NCBI GenBank assembly: GCA_002702705.1 | Contig: PABH01000019.1 | Location: 55,192 to 119,191, forward strand | Reading direction: 5' to 3' | Length of the DNA stretch: 64,000 nt | Origin: Anaerolineaceae bacterium | GTDB lineage: Bacteria > Chloroflexota > Anaerolineae > Anaerolineales > Anaerolineaceae | Shown: piece after piece, positions 1-8,748 of the stretch | Position numbering within the stretch: the stretch's first letter is position 1 | Layout: every line of letters starts with the position of its first letter | Program-made: the position numbers and the translations under genes | Notes under the pieces: model-generated | Seen by the model: only the letters and a program-made list of their open reading frames with translations | Databases searched by the model: none | Told to the model about the DNA's origin: nothing

Positions 1-1851
1 CAAGATGATTCCCGCGAAAAATTACAACAGATTTTACATAATGGAATAAGGGATCATTCTTTGGTGGATGGATTAACTATTCTTTCTGACAAAGGTGAAC
101 CGTTCGCATTGGATGCGTGGGCCAGTATGACAAATTGGGATGGTGAACCCGTATTTGCTTTATGGTTCTGGGAAAAGACAGAAAAAGAGAAAAAATCCGT
201 TTTAGAGAGCGCAGCCCAATCTTTAAATTTGTTTGATGACCTTCCTGTTCCTGTAATGTTTGTGGACCCGACCTCAATGTTGGTTTTATATGCCAACCAA
301 TATGTAAGTGATCAGTATGGTTATCAAAAATCTGAAATGATGCAAAAAAATTTTTTTCAGTTTTTTGATTCCGATGCTTATCACAAAATTGCAATACTCC
401 TGCGAGAATTTCGTCTGGAAGAAATTAATCGTATCATTTGGAATCAAATTGATGCATTTGGACAAAAAATACGGGTGCGTTTTTTTATCCGCATTGTTTT
501 TAGAGCGGAAAAAACACTATATGTTATTGTTCCCAATCCGGTTATTTCATTAGAGGATGAGAATTACATTACCAATCAAGATCGTTATCGATCTGTGTTG
601 GATCAACAAACGGATATTATTTTGAGATTTTCTCCTGATGGATTGATTACTTACGTAAACCAGGCTTATTGTGATTTTTTCAATAAATCATCTCAGGAAT
701 TGATAGGTACTTCCTTTATGGAAAATGTATATGCCGCTGATTTTGAAATTGTCAGTTCTCACTTAGCCCAATTAACACCTGAAAGACCACTGAGAGAATC
801 CAAAAATCGGATGGTAGATGGTAATAGAAATGTACGCTGGTTCCGATGGATTGATCGTGGCATCTTTGAAGGAAATCATTTAATGGAAGTTCAAGCTGTG
901 GGACGCGATATAACGGAAACTGAAGAGGAAGCATTAAAGAGTGTCAGCATTGAAAATCAATTCCGTTCTTTAATTGAAAATTCTCCCGCCATAATATATT
1001 TTTTAGAAGCAAAAAGTTTGTTTCCGATTTACGTTAATGAGCAGTTAGAGAAAATGACGGGTTATTCCAAACAGGAGTTTTTAAAAGATTCAAAATTTTG
1101 GAAAAAGATTATTTATCCCGAAGATTATAAAAATTGGTTAACCACGATGAATAAAAGACAAGCAAACGAGCAAACAGAAAATATGGAGTTTCGTGTCTTA
1201 ACAAAATCTGGTGAGCTGATCTGGTTAAAGGAAGAGGGTAATTTAATAGAAATTCGGGGACAAGGTCTGTTTATTGAAGGAATTATCTCAAATATTACCC
1301 AACAGAAAAATTCCGAACAAAAACTAGCGTTCTACTTGTCGCTGGAACGATTAATCAGCCAGGTTATCATAAACCTGGTAAATACATCATCAAAAACTTT
1401 ACCCCAGACGATTCAAGAAACCTTAAGTATGATTGGTCAATTCATGAATGTGGATCGAAGTTATATTTTTTATTATGATGAAACCAGTCGAACAATATCC
1501 AACCGATACGAATGGTGTGCAGAGGGGGTTAATCCCCAGCGAGATAATTTACAAAATATATCGGTTGAGGAATTACCTCATTTTTATGAAACGGTTTTTG
1601 TTAATCAAAAGTTTTTCCAAACGGATGATATTAATCAATTGGGTTTGGAAGCAGTTAGTGAGAGAAGTCATTTTAGTCAACAAAATATTTTATCAATCCT
1701 GGTTGTCCCGATGGTGGCTCAGAATAAGGTGATTGGGTTTATGGGTTTTGATTCTGTGCATGAACGAAACCAATGGAGTGAAGAAACAGTAGCCTTACTC
1801 CAGGTGGTTTCCAACTTGATAGTTTTGGTGGAATCCAAGCTTAAGGTTTGA
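1..1851 (+). CDS. PAS/PAS/GAF multi-sensor signalling protein, 5' end cut by window edge
   Basis: Frame 1 is open from nt 1 (QDDSREKLQQILHNG...), so the TTG listed at 61 is probably internal. PAS-like blocks are present (DIILRFSPDGLITYVNQAYCDFF; PAIIYFLEAKS..YVNEQLEKMTGYSKQEF), followed by a C-terminal GAF-like block (VDRSYIFYYDE...ILVVPMVAQNKVIGFMGFDS). No output domain precedes the stop. Confidence 0.7.
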   Translation, partial: QDDSREKLQQILHNGIRDHSLVDGLTILSDKGEPFALDAWASMTNWDGEPVFALWFWEKTEKEKKSVLESAAQSLNLFDDLPVPVMFVDPTSMLVLYANQYVSDQYGYQKSEMMQKNFFQFFDSDAYHKIAILLREFRLEEINRIIWNQIDAFGQKIRVRFFIRIVFRAEKTLYVIVPNPVISLEDENYITNQDRYRSVLDQQTDIILRFSPDGLITYVNQAYCDFFNKSSQELIGTSFMENVYAADFEIVSSHLAQLTPERPLRESKNRMVDGNRNVRWFRWIDRGIFEGNHLMEVQAVGRDITETEEEALKSVSIENQFRSLIENSPAIIYFLEAKSLFPIYVNEQLEKMTGYSKQEFLKDSKFWKKIIYPEDYKNWLTTMNKRQANEQTENMEFRVLTKSGELIWLKEEGNLIEIRGQGLFIEGIISNITQQKNSEQKLAFYLSLERLISQVIINLVNTSSKTLPQTIQETLSMIGQFMNVDRSYIFYYDETSRTISNRYEWCAEGVNPQRDNLQNISVEELPHFYETVFVNQKFFQTDDINQLGLEAVSERSHFSQQNILSILVVPMVAQNKVIGFMGFDSVHERNQWSEETVALLQVVSNLIVLVESKLKV

Positions 1852-1912
1852 TTGAAAAATGTTTCCACTTATCCATCAGATGGTAATGTGAAAAAATGGT
1901 TAGCTCATAAGC

Positions 1913-3187
1913 TTAAAGCCAATTTAACCGTTGGATTTCTTTTGTATTGATTGGCTTTAAACCACCTAAAATTTGTGCTTCGATATATGAACGTGCAGTA
2001 AGCTCACTGACCTCAAGTCGATCATATGCCTTCAGAATATTTTCACCCGTAACAACGATGCCTAAATTTCCTATCATAACGGCCGGTGATTCCTTGGTAA
2101 TCTTTTGGGCAACTTTTTCCGGAGAACGGATGGTATCTGTTAGTGAGAGTTGTTCAACTTTTCGTAATAACATATAACTCTCGGGAATATAACGGGTATC
2201 CAACAGGGTATTTGTGATTGCAAAAGCAGTTAAATAGGGTGCTTGTGCAGTGATTATAGCTTGCACATCAGGGTGTTGTTTGTATATTTCCGAATGCAGT
2301 GCTAACATGCGACTTGTGGTTTTACCTTGTTCTTGTTGTTTGTTTGAAACATAAACCAGATCATCCGGTTCTAATAAAACCCTATCGATGCCATGAGGGG
2401 TAATCAAAAAATCAAGGTTTTTGATACGGGCAGAGGCACTACCCGATATAGAAAAAAGAAGATGATGTTTGTTGGCTCGGTGAATGATTTCGATTAACTT
2501 TTCTCGCTTGGATTGAATTTCAATGGAGTTAGGAATTTTTTTGAGAGGATTTAAATTCTGCGGTGTTTTCCATTCATTAATCAAAGCTTCTTCCTGGACA
2601 TAATTTATTTTGCCTAAATTTTGTGCTTGAATGGCCGTTCGTGCAGCAAATTCCAGGGATTCCATACGTTGGTATGCTGTGATCAAGTCCGGACCACCTG
2701 CAACCACACCATGATTTTCGAGAATGACGATGTTGTGTCCTTCTGCAAATTTTTCTGCTATCACCTCTCCTAAACGTTGGCTGCCAGGGGGAGCATAAGG
2801 CGCAAAGCCGATCTCTCCGCATATTTCCATGTAAACAGGTGATATTCTCTGGTTAGGAACCTTACCAGCAATACTGAAGGCGATCAGGGCGGGGGAATGT
2901 GCATGTACGATGGCTCGGATGTCTTTTCGGGCTTTATAAATTGCCCAGTGAAAAGGATATTCGCTGGATGGACGGTGATTTCCACTAAATTCCCCCGTTT
3001 TATTAAAATGTGCAATATCTTCAGCTCTTAAATTTCCTTTGTCAATGGAAGTAGGGGTGATCCAAAAATTGTTGTCTTCATCAAAAATTGAGAGGTTTCC
3101 GCCGGAAAGAGATGTTAACCCTTGATCATAAATGCGTTTCATTAATGTTACGATTTGTTCCGCTGGGGTGGATCCATATGTTTTCAT
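1913..3187 (-). CDS. Tandem class II aldolase/adducin-domain protein (FucA/AraD-like N-domain plus degenerate C-domain)
   Basis: 424-aa ORF. Domain 1 carries the FucA-type motifs GGNLS, PSSEYPFH, VHAHSP and ILENHGV. Domain 2 aligns to the same fold but reads TSRMLALH, IITAQAP and MIGNLGI. Confidence 0.8.
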   Translation of the reverse strand: MKTYGSTPAEQIVTLMKRIYDQGLTSLSGGNLSIFDEDNNFWITPTSIDKGNLRAEDIAHFNKTGEFSGNHRPSSEYPFHWAIYKARKDIRAIVHAHSPALIAFSIAGKVPNQRISPVYMEICGEIGFAPYAPPGSQRLGEVIAEKFAEGHNIVILENHGVVAGGPDLITAYQRMESLEFAARTAIQAQNLGKINYVQEEALINEWKTPQNLNPLKKIPNSIEIQSKREKLIEIIHRANKHHLLFSISGSASARIKNLDFLITPHGIDRVLLEPDDLVYVSNKQQEQGKTTSRMLALHSEIYKQHPDVQAIITAQAPYLTAFAITNTLLDTRYIPESYMLLRKVEQLSLTDTIRSPEKVAQKITKESPAVMIGNLGIVVTGENILKAYDRLEVSELTARSYIEAQILGGLKPINTKEIQRLNWL

Positions 3188-3532
3188 TATGTGCTCTTTC
3201 TATTGAAACGTTTTATGAGAAGATCTTTTTGTTTGTTTTGGAGATAACTAAAAATATAATAGAATTTTACCAAAAAAACATCGAAAATCTTTGTCTTTAG
3301 TCGTAGGATGAAAATCTAAAGCCTTTTTAAGTTTATAGCCACATGGGTACCTATTTCGAGATGAACAGTTCATATTCAAAAACCGCCTATTTTGAAGAGG
3401 TAGTAGCATTTTATTTAGTTCTATGAAGATAGCCTAAAAAGTTGTTTAATGACCTACTCAAAAAGGTTGCAATCAGGTAAAGTTAAATAAATAAAAAATT
3501 CTGCTTATTTTATACAAGAATTAAGGAATTTT

Positions 3533-5269
3533 ATGGATCGATCAACTGCAATTAATGATTTTCATGAAGCCCATCGTCAGGCTTCTTTAAAAACCGTGAT
3601 GTCGAAAATTTTCGGACACCATTCAGATTTGTATTCTTATGATGAAGTTCTAAAAAAATTGCGGATGCGGGGGCAAGTTCAACGGGGTATCGAAGAAATC
3701 CCATTGGATGCGATTATTGGAAGTGTCGGTAGGTATACTGACTTCACTCGGGATTTTTTACCTAAACGTTCGTCAGATAGTGATCGTTGGGCTCGTGTAA
3801 AAATGGCAACAGAGACTTCTGTGGGTGTTCCGCCAATCGAAGTGTATAAATTGGGTGAGACTTATTTTGTAAAAGATGGCAATCATCGGGTTTCGATTGC
3901 CCGCCAGAATGGACAATCGCATATTGAAGCTTATATAACCGAAGTTGTGACCCGTGTACCTATTACAAAAGACATGCAACCTGATGATCTAATCATAAAA
4001 TCGGAATACGCGGATTTTTTGGAATACACTCAGTTAGATAATTATGTGGATGATGTAGATTTGACAGTAACCGCACCAGGTATGTATGATGAATTGTTAG
4101 ATCATATTAGTGTTCACCGATACTTTATGGGTATTGAACAAGAACGAGAAATTCCTTACGAAGAAGCAGTTGTAGACTGGTATAAAACGGTTTATCTGCC
4201 CGTGGTGGAGGTTGTCCATGAAAGGGGACTTTTACGAGAATTTCCTGATCGAACAGAAACCGATCTTTATTTGTGGATGTTAGACTATCGGGCTGATTTG
4301 GAAAATCAATTGGGATGGAAACTGGAACCAGATATCGCTGCCGATTCATTAGTGGAACGTTTTTCAAACCGTTGGCGATATTTGGTTCGAAAACTATGGT
4401 TTTTTATTTTAGATTTGATAACACCGGATACACTTGAATCAGGACCCAAAACCGGAACGTGGCGGAGATTACATAAACAATTGGTGCGCCGCAAACAATC
4501 TCCAATCCGTAATATTCTGGTGGCTTTACAATCCCATGAAGATTCTCATCAAGCATATGAACAAGCTTTATGGATTGCCCAACGGGAAGGTTCACGCATT
4601 AATGGTTTGCATTTGGTGGATTCGGAAGCTGCAAAAAATGAAGAAGGTGTACAGAAAATTCGGGATCATTTTAACTGGCGTCTGGGAGAACTCAATATTC
4701 AAGGTCAATTGGTTGTGGAAGTAGGCACCGCAAATCGTAAAATTGTAGAAGCAGCTGCTTTTGCTGATTTGGTAGTGGTGCCATTACATCATGCGCCGGG
4801 AACAGAACCTTTTTCAAAACTCAGATCTGGTTTACGGGTATTGATTCGACGTTGTGCTCAACCATTGGTGGTGGTACCAGGAAATATGCGGCCTATTCGG
4901 AAAGCTGTTCTGGCCTTTGATGGTAGTGAAAGAGCGAAAGAAGCTCTCTATATGGCTGCATATCTTGTCCAAAACTGGGGTATGGAATTAACGGTACTGA
5001 CTGTTGTAAAGGATGAAAATACCCGGAAGCAAATGGAAGAAGCCAATCAATTCTCAAAGAATTATTTGCAAAAACACGCGGTTTATGGAAAACATATCAT
5101 TCGAGAAGGTTGGCCTGGAGAAATGACTTTAGCTGAGGCAAAAAAGCTTCAAGCCGACTGTATTATCATGGGAAGTTATGGTGCCAACCCTTTAAAAGAA
5201 ATGGTCTGGGGCAGTGCGATTGATTATGTGTTAGAACAAACAGAAATTCCGGTTTTAATTTCAAGATAA
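3533..5269 (+). CDS. ParB/sulfiredoxin-like N-terminal domain fused to two universal stress protein (UspA) domains
   Basis: 578-aa ORF with an AAGGA RBS. ParB-type motif VKDGNHRVSIARQNG is present. The C-terminal half has two USP-like blocks (NILVALQSHEDS...; KAVLAFDGSERAKEAL...CIIMGSYGANPLKEMVWGSAIDYVLEQTEIPVLI). Confidence 0.6.
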   Translation: MDRSTAINDFHEAHRQASLKTVMSKIFGHHSDLYSYDEVLKKLRMRGQVQRGIEEIPLDAIIGSVGRYTDFTRDFLPKRSSDSDRWARVKMATETSVGVPPIEVYKLGETYFVKDGNHRVSIARQNGQSHIEAYITEVVTRVPITKDMQPDDLIIKSEYADFLEYTQLDNYVDDVDLTVTAPGMYDELLDHISVHRYFMGIEQEREIPYEEAVVDWYKTVYLPVVEVVHERGLLREFPDRTETDLYLWMLDYRADLENQLGWKLEPDIAADSLVERFSNRWRYLVRKLWFFILDLITPDTLESGPKTGTWRRLHKQLVRRKQSPIRNILVALQSHEDSHQAYEQALWIAQREGSRINGLHLVDSEAAKNEEGVQKIRDHFNWRLGELNIQGQLVVEVGTANRKIVEAAAFADLVVVPLHHAPGTEPFSKLRSGLRVLIRRCAQPLVVVPGNMRPIRKAVLAFDGSERAKEALYMAAYLVQNWGMELTVLTVVKDENTRKQMEEANQFSKNYLQKHAVYGKHIIREGWPGEMTLAEAKKLQADCIIMGSYGANPLKEMVWGSAIDYVLEQTEIPVLISR

Positions 5270-5307
5270 CTACCTTTTTTTACAATCGTCTGCTATTATA
5301 GGATTAA

Positions 5308-6942
5308 ATGAGTTACTATTTCTATTACCCTCACATTTTAATCCTGTTTTTAGCCAGCGTGTCGGCTTTTCTCATGGCGAGTATTCTCTTTCGAAAGAAA
5401 CAAATCCCCGCTGCGGTTTACCTCGGCATGGTTTTTATCAGTATTGGAATTTGGTTATTTGCTGGGGTATTTGAAGCCGCTGGATCAACACAAAACATCA
5501 AAATATTTTGGACACAGGTAGGTTATATAGGTTTGATGAATATCATGCCTTTCCTTTTTGTGTTTGTGGTGAAGTATTTCCAAAAGGATCAACAATTTAA
5601 TTCCAAAACTTTATATTGGATATGGCTGGTACCGGTTCTCGTTTTAATTTTAGTATGGACGAACGGCTGGCATGGGTGGGTTTGGCCTGCATTTTCTGAA
5701 ATATCATCTGATTTTAATGTCATGGTGTATGAACATGGGTTTGTATTCTGGATTGCCATCGCTTATATGAACCTCCTTGTGTTTGGGAGTTTGATCGTTT
5801 TATTGAGGGAATATTTTATTTATCAACATGGTCCTTATCGGATGCAAATCATTTTTATGATTGTGGCGATTCTTTTACCGTTAATTGCCAGTTTAATTTA
5901 TCTTGTGGATATGTATCCTATTGCAGGGTTGGATTGGATTTTATTAAGTATGTTTTTAAGTACGATGTTGGTAGCCATCAGTGTTTTGCGATTTGGTTTT
6001 ATTGATATTTTACCGATTGCCAGGGATCTGTTATTAGAAAATTTGGATAGTGGTGTTTTGGTTGTGGATCAGAACAAACGAATTGTGGATTATAACCAAC
6101 GTTGTGCTGATTATTTGGATGTACAATCGCGGGATTTATTTGGAGTAAATATCTGTACTTTTCTTTCAACCTATGGTTTTGAGCCTAAAAACAGATTTGA
6201 ACATGAATATTGGCGGGAGGAAATACAAATCAGAAAAGATCATACCCGTTATCTCGCACTGGTTGGGAGACCCATTAAACGTACATCCCGAACACCTTTG
6301 GGCTGGCTGCTTGTATTAAATGATATTACCTTTATTAAAGAAAAAGAATTGCAAGTACAGGATACGAACCGAAAATTAAAGTTGCAATTGGTTGAAACTG
6401 AACGGTTAAAAAACATTCTTGAAGAACAAGCTGTTCGGGATCCCTTAACAAATTTATATAACCGGCGTTTTTTGGAGGATAGCTTAGAGCGGGAAATTGC
6501 AAGGGCCATCCGGAATATTCATTTTATTGCCTTGTTGATGATTGATATAGACTACTTTAAAGCGGTTAATGATCAACATGGGCACAATGTAGGTGATCAG
6601 GTACTCTGTGTAATGGCCGAAGTACTTACTTCTTGTTGCCGTAAGGAAGATGTAGCCTCTCGTTTTGGTGGAGAAGAGTTTTTGTTATTAATTCCGAATA
6701 TAAGTCCGAAAGCTGCCGGAGAACGAGCAGAAGAAATTCGGTTAACATTTATTCAGCGCTGTCAAGATTTGTCCGAGAAGATTCATGTGACAGTATCTAT
6801 TGGTATTTCAATGTATCCACAACATGCTGATACCGCCCTAACATTATTCCGGCGAGCAGACCAGGCTTTATATGCTGCCAAACATGCCGGCAGAAATCAG
6901 GTTTGTTTCGCTTCCGAAAATGGAATGGATGAACTCATATGA
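5308..6942 (+). CDS. Membrane-bound diguanylate cyclase (7TM sensor, PAS-like domain, GGDEF)
   Basis: About 7 N-terminal hydrophobic helices. The GGDEF domain has active-site RFGGEEF and an RxxD I-site (RKED) five residues upstream. DPLTNLYNRRF leads into the domain. Confidence 0.85.
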   Translation: MSYYFYYPHILILFLASVSAFLMASILFRKKQIPAAVYLGMVFISIGIWLFAGVFEAAGSTQNIKIFWTQVGYIGLMNIMPFLFVFVVKYFQKDQQFNSKTLYWIWLVPVLVLILVWTNGWHGWVWPAFSEISSDFNVMVYEHGFVFWIAIAYMNLLVFGSLIVLLREYFIYQHGPYRMQIIFMIVAILLPLIASLIYLVDMYPIAGLDWILLSMFLSTMLVAISVLRFGFIDILPIARDLLLENLDSGVLVVDQNKRIVDYNQRCADYLDVQSRDLFGVNICTFLSTYGFEPKNRFEHEYWREEIQIRKDHTRYLALVGRPIKRTSRTPLGWLLVLNDITFIKEKELQVQDTNRKLKLQLVETERLKNILEEQAVRDPLTNLYNRRFLEDSLEREIARAIRNIHFIALLMIDIDYFKAVNDQHGHNVGDQVLCVMAEVLTSCCRKEDVASRFGGEEFLLLIPNISPKAAGERAEEIRLTFIQRCQDLSEKIHVTVSIGISMYPQHADTALTLFRRADQALYAAKHAGRNQVCFASENGMDELI

Positions 6943-7115
6943 GATAAGGTGCAAAAGCATAACACCTTAAATCACATGGTAATAACAGAAGAATATTCTT
7001 AATTTGATTGGTTTTTAAGAAAAGAAAATTTTCGCTTGACGAACCCATCGATGACGACTAAACTCTTTAATGTATGATTAAACCAATACAAATATACAGT
7101 TGAGGAGTGTTAAGT

Positions 7116-8594
7116 ATGAAGAAGTTGTCGTTTGTAATCTTGTTATTGGCTGCCGTTTTATTATTAAACGCCTGTACTTCTGCTGTGCCTACGGTGGCAG
7201 AAGAGTTGGTTGCCCCAACAGAAGCTATTGAAGAAATAACCTCTGAACCTCTTGTTCCCACCGATACGCCGGAACCAACACTTGAACCAGAGGATTTGGA
7301 ACCGGTTATTACCCTGGTAGGAATGGATGGGGAAAAATCATTTACCATGTCTGAATTAAAAAACATGGAAATCGTAGAGGGACAGGCTGGTATTAAAAGC
7401 AGCACAGGTCAAATTTATCCACCAGCATTATATAAAGGAGTCTCATTAAAAACCTTGTTAGCTGAAATGGGTGATATTGACGAATCAATGGGGGTTAACA
7501 TTGTCGCTGAGGATGGTTACGGATTATCTTTTTCATATGATCAAATCATGAATGGTAATTTTATCGCTTACGACCCTGCCACAGGTGATGAACTTCGCAA
7601 TCCAGTGGCATTAGATGCCATACTTGCTTTTGAACGGGATGGTGAAGAACTCGATAAAAGAGAAGATGGCACCCTGCGAGTTGTTATCATTTCTGAAAAA
7701 AATAATCAGGTTACAGATGGTCATTGGTCTATTAAATGGGTTGATCGGATTGAAGTCAATTCACTCGTGCAAGATTGGGCTCTCGTATTAACCGGAGCAA
7801 TAACAGAGACCATCGATCGATCTGGTTTTGAATCTTGTGTGAATTGTCATGAAGCTAGTTGGGAAGACGATAAAGGCCAAGTTTGGAAAGGTACGCCGTT
7901 ATGGCGCTTGATGGGTTATGCCGATGATGCTATCAAACACGAAGGTTTGTGTTATGTGGATGAACTTGCTGAAGCCGGGTATGCCATTGAACTGGTTGCC
8001 AGCGATGGTTATAGCGTAGAATTAAGTAGCATTGATGCAAATCGTAATGAAAACTGGGTAGTTGCCAACACTGTCGATGGAAACCCACTGCCAGAAAAAT
8101 ACTTCCCATTGCGTCTGGTTGGTGAAGGGCTCGAAAAATCATCCCTGGTGGGCGCACTTACCAATATCAATTTTGACCTGGAGCCAATTTCAGCAGAAGA
8201 TATGGTAGATCCAGATACCTTGCAGGTTGTGGATGTGGATACAGGTGATTTGGTTGTGGTCGGCCTGGTTTCTCAGGAAGTTGGATTAACCCAAGATGCC
8301 TTACGCGCTTGGCATTCTGCAATGTTCACCGTTGAACATCCCAAAAAAGGTGAAGTCGAATATGAGGGTGTATTGTTAAATGAACTACTGGATTTTATCG
8401 GTGTGGCAGATGGAGCAACTACCTTGGTGATGACGGCTGATGATGGCTACAGTATTGAAGTAGCATTGGAAGACGTACGCACCTGTGCGGATTGTTTAAT
8501 CACCTTTGATGAAGAAGGTAGTTTTGCGAGTGTTATGCCAGGTATGGAAACCAGCACCTGGGTAAAAGGTCTGGTACGTTTAGAAATCAAGTAA
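7116..8594 (+). CDS. Lipoprotein with three tandem sulfite-oxidase-fold (molybdopterin-oxidoreductase-like) domains and one CxxCH motif
   Basis: GAGGAG RBS 9 nt before the ATG at 7116. Lipobox LLLNAC. There are three repeats of the pattern G(V)xLxxLL...(A/T)xDGYxxxxxxxxx, ending in KWVDRIEV- or VKGLVRLEI-type strands. CVNCH lies in the second repeat. Confidence 0.5.
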   Translation: MKKLSFVILLLAAVLLLNACTSAVPTVAEELVAPTEAIEEITSEPLVPTDTPEPTLEPEDLEPVITLVGMDGEKSFTMSELKNMEIVEGQAGIKSSTGQIYPPALYKGVSLKTLLAEMGDIDESMGVNIVAEDGYGLSFSYDQIMNGNFIAYDPATGDELRNPVALDAILAFERDGEELDKREDGTLRVVIISEKNNQVTDGHWSIKWVDRIEVNSLVQDWALVLTGAITETIDRSGFESCVNCHEASWEDDKGQVWKGTPLWRLMGYADDAIKHEGLCYVDELAEAGYAIELVASDGYSVELSSIDANRNENWVVANTVDGNPLPEKYFPLRLVGEGLEKSSLVGALTNINFDLEPISAEDMVDPDTLQVVDVDTGDLVVVGLVSQEVGLTQDALRAWHSAMFTVEHPKKGEVEYEGVLLNELLDFIGVADGATTLVMTADDGYSIEVALEDVRTCADCLITFDEEGSFASVMPGMETSTWVKGLVRLEIK

Positions 8595-8656
8595 TAGTAG
8601 AAGAGACACTCTATTTCCTTGGTCCATCCTTTCCTTTGTTAACCTTATCATACAAA

Positions 8657-8711
8657 CCTCCCGTTGACCTTCTATAGAAATCATAATGTATAGAATCATT
8701 TCAACGGGAGG
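8657..8711 (+). promoter_or_regulatory. SD-sequestering hairpin and candidate operator upstream of wtpA
   Basis: Perfect 11-bp inverted repeat: CCTCCCGTTGA (8657-8667) and TCAACGGGAGG (8701-8711). The right arm contains the only good SD (GGGAGG) ahead of the in-frame TTG at 8722. The 33-nt loop holds a direct repeat of TATAGAA (8673-8679, 8689-8695) and a TTGACC hexamer (8664-8669). Confidence 0.4.
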
Positions 8712-8748
8712 AAAGTTTCCCTTGAATAGAAGAAAACAAGTCGGATAT

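Noticed and set aside
3188-3532. Long AT-rich intergenic gaps (3188-3532, 11023-11457, 39506-39849) examined for tRNA, small RNA or small genes
   Set aside because: I saw no cloverleaf-compatible sequence, no conserved-looking structured element and no ORF with an RBS. They are most simply promoter or leader regions of the flanking genes.
7067-7405. 112-aa minus-strand ORF over the lipoprotein N-terminus
   Set aside because: It is antisense to a gene with an RBS, a lipobox and a long conserved ORF. Its composition is low complexity.
8595-8748. Possible Moco/tungsten-cofactor riboswitch upstream of wtpA
   Set aside because: The only strong structure is a simple 11-bp hairpin enclosing 33 nt. 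That is far too small for the multi-stem ~130-nt Moco aptamer, and I could not see its conserved core. It is reported only as a generic SD-sequestering hairpin or operator.
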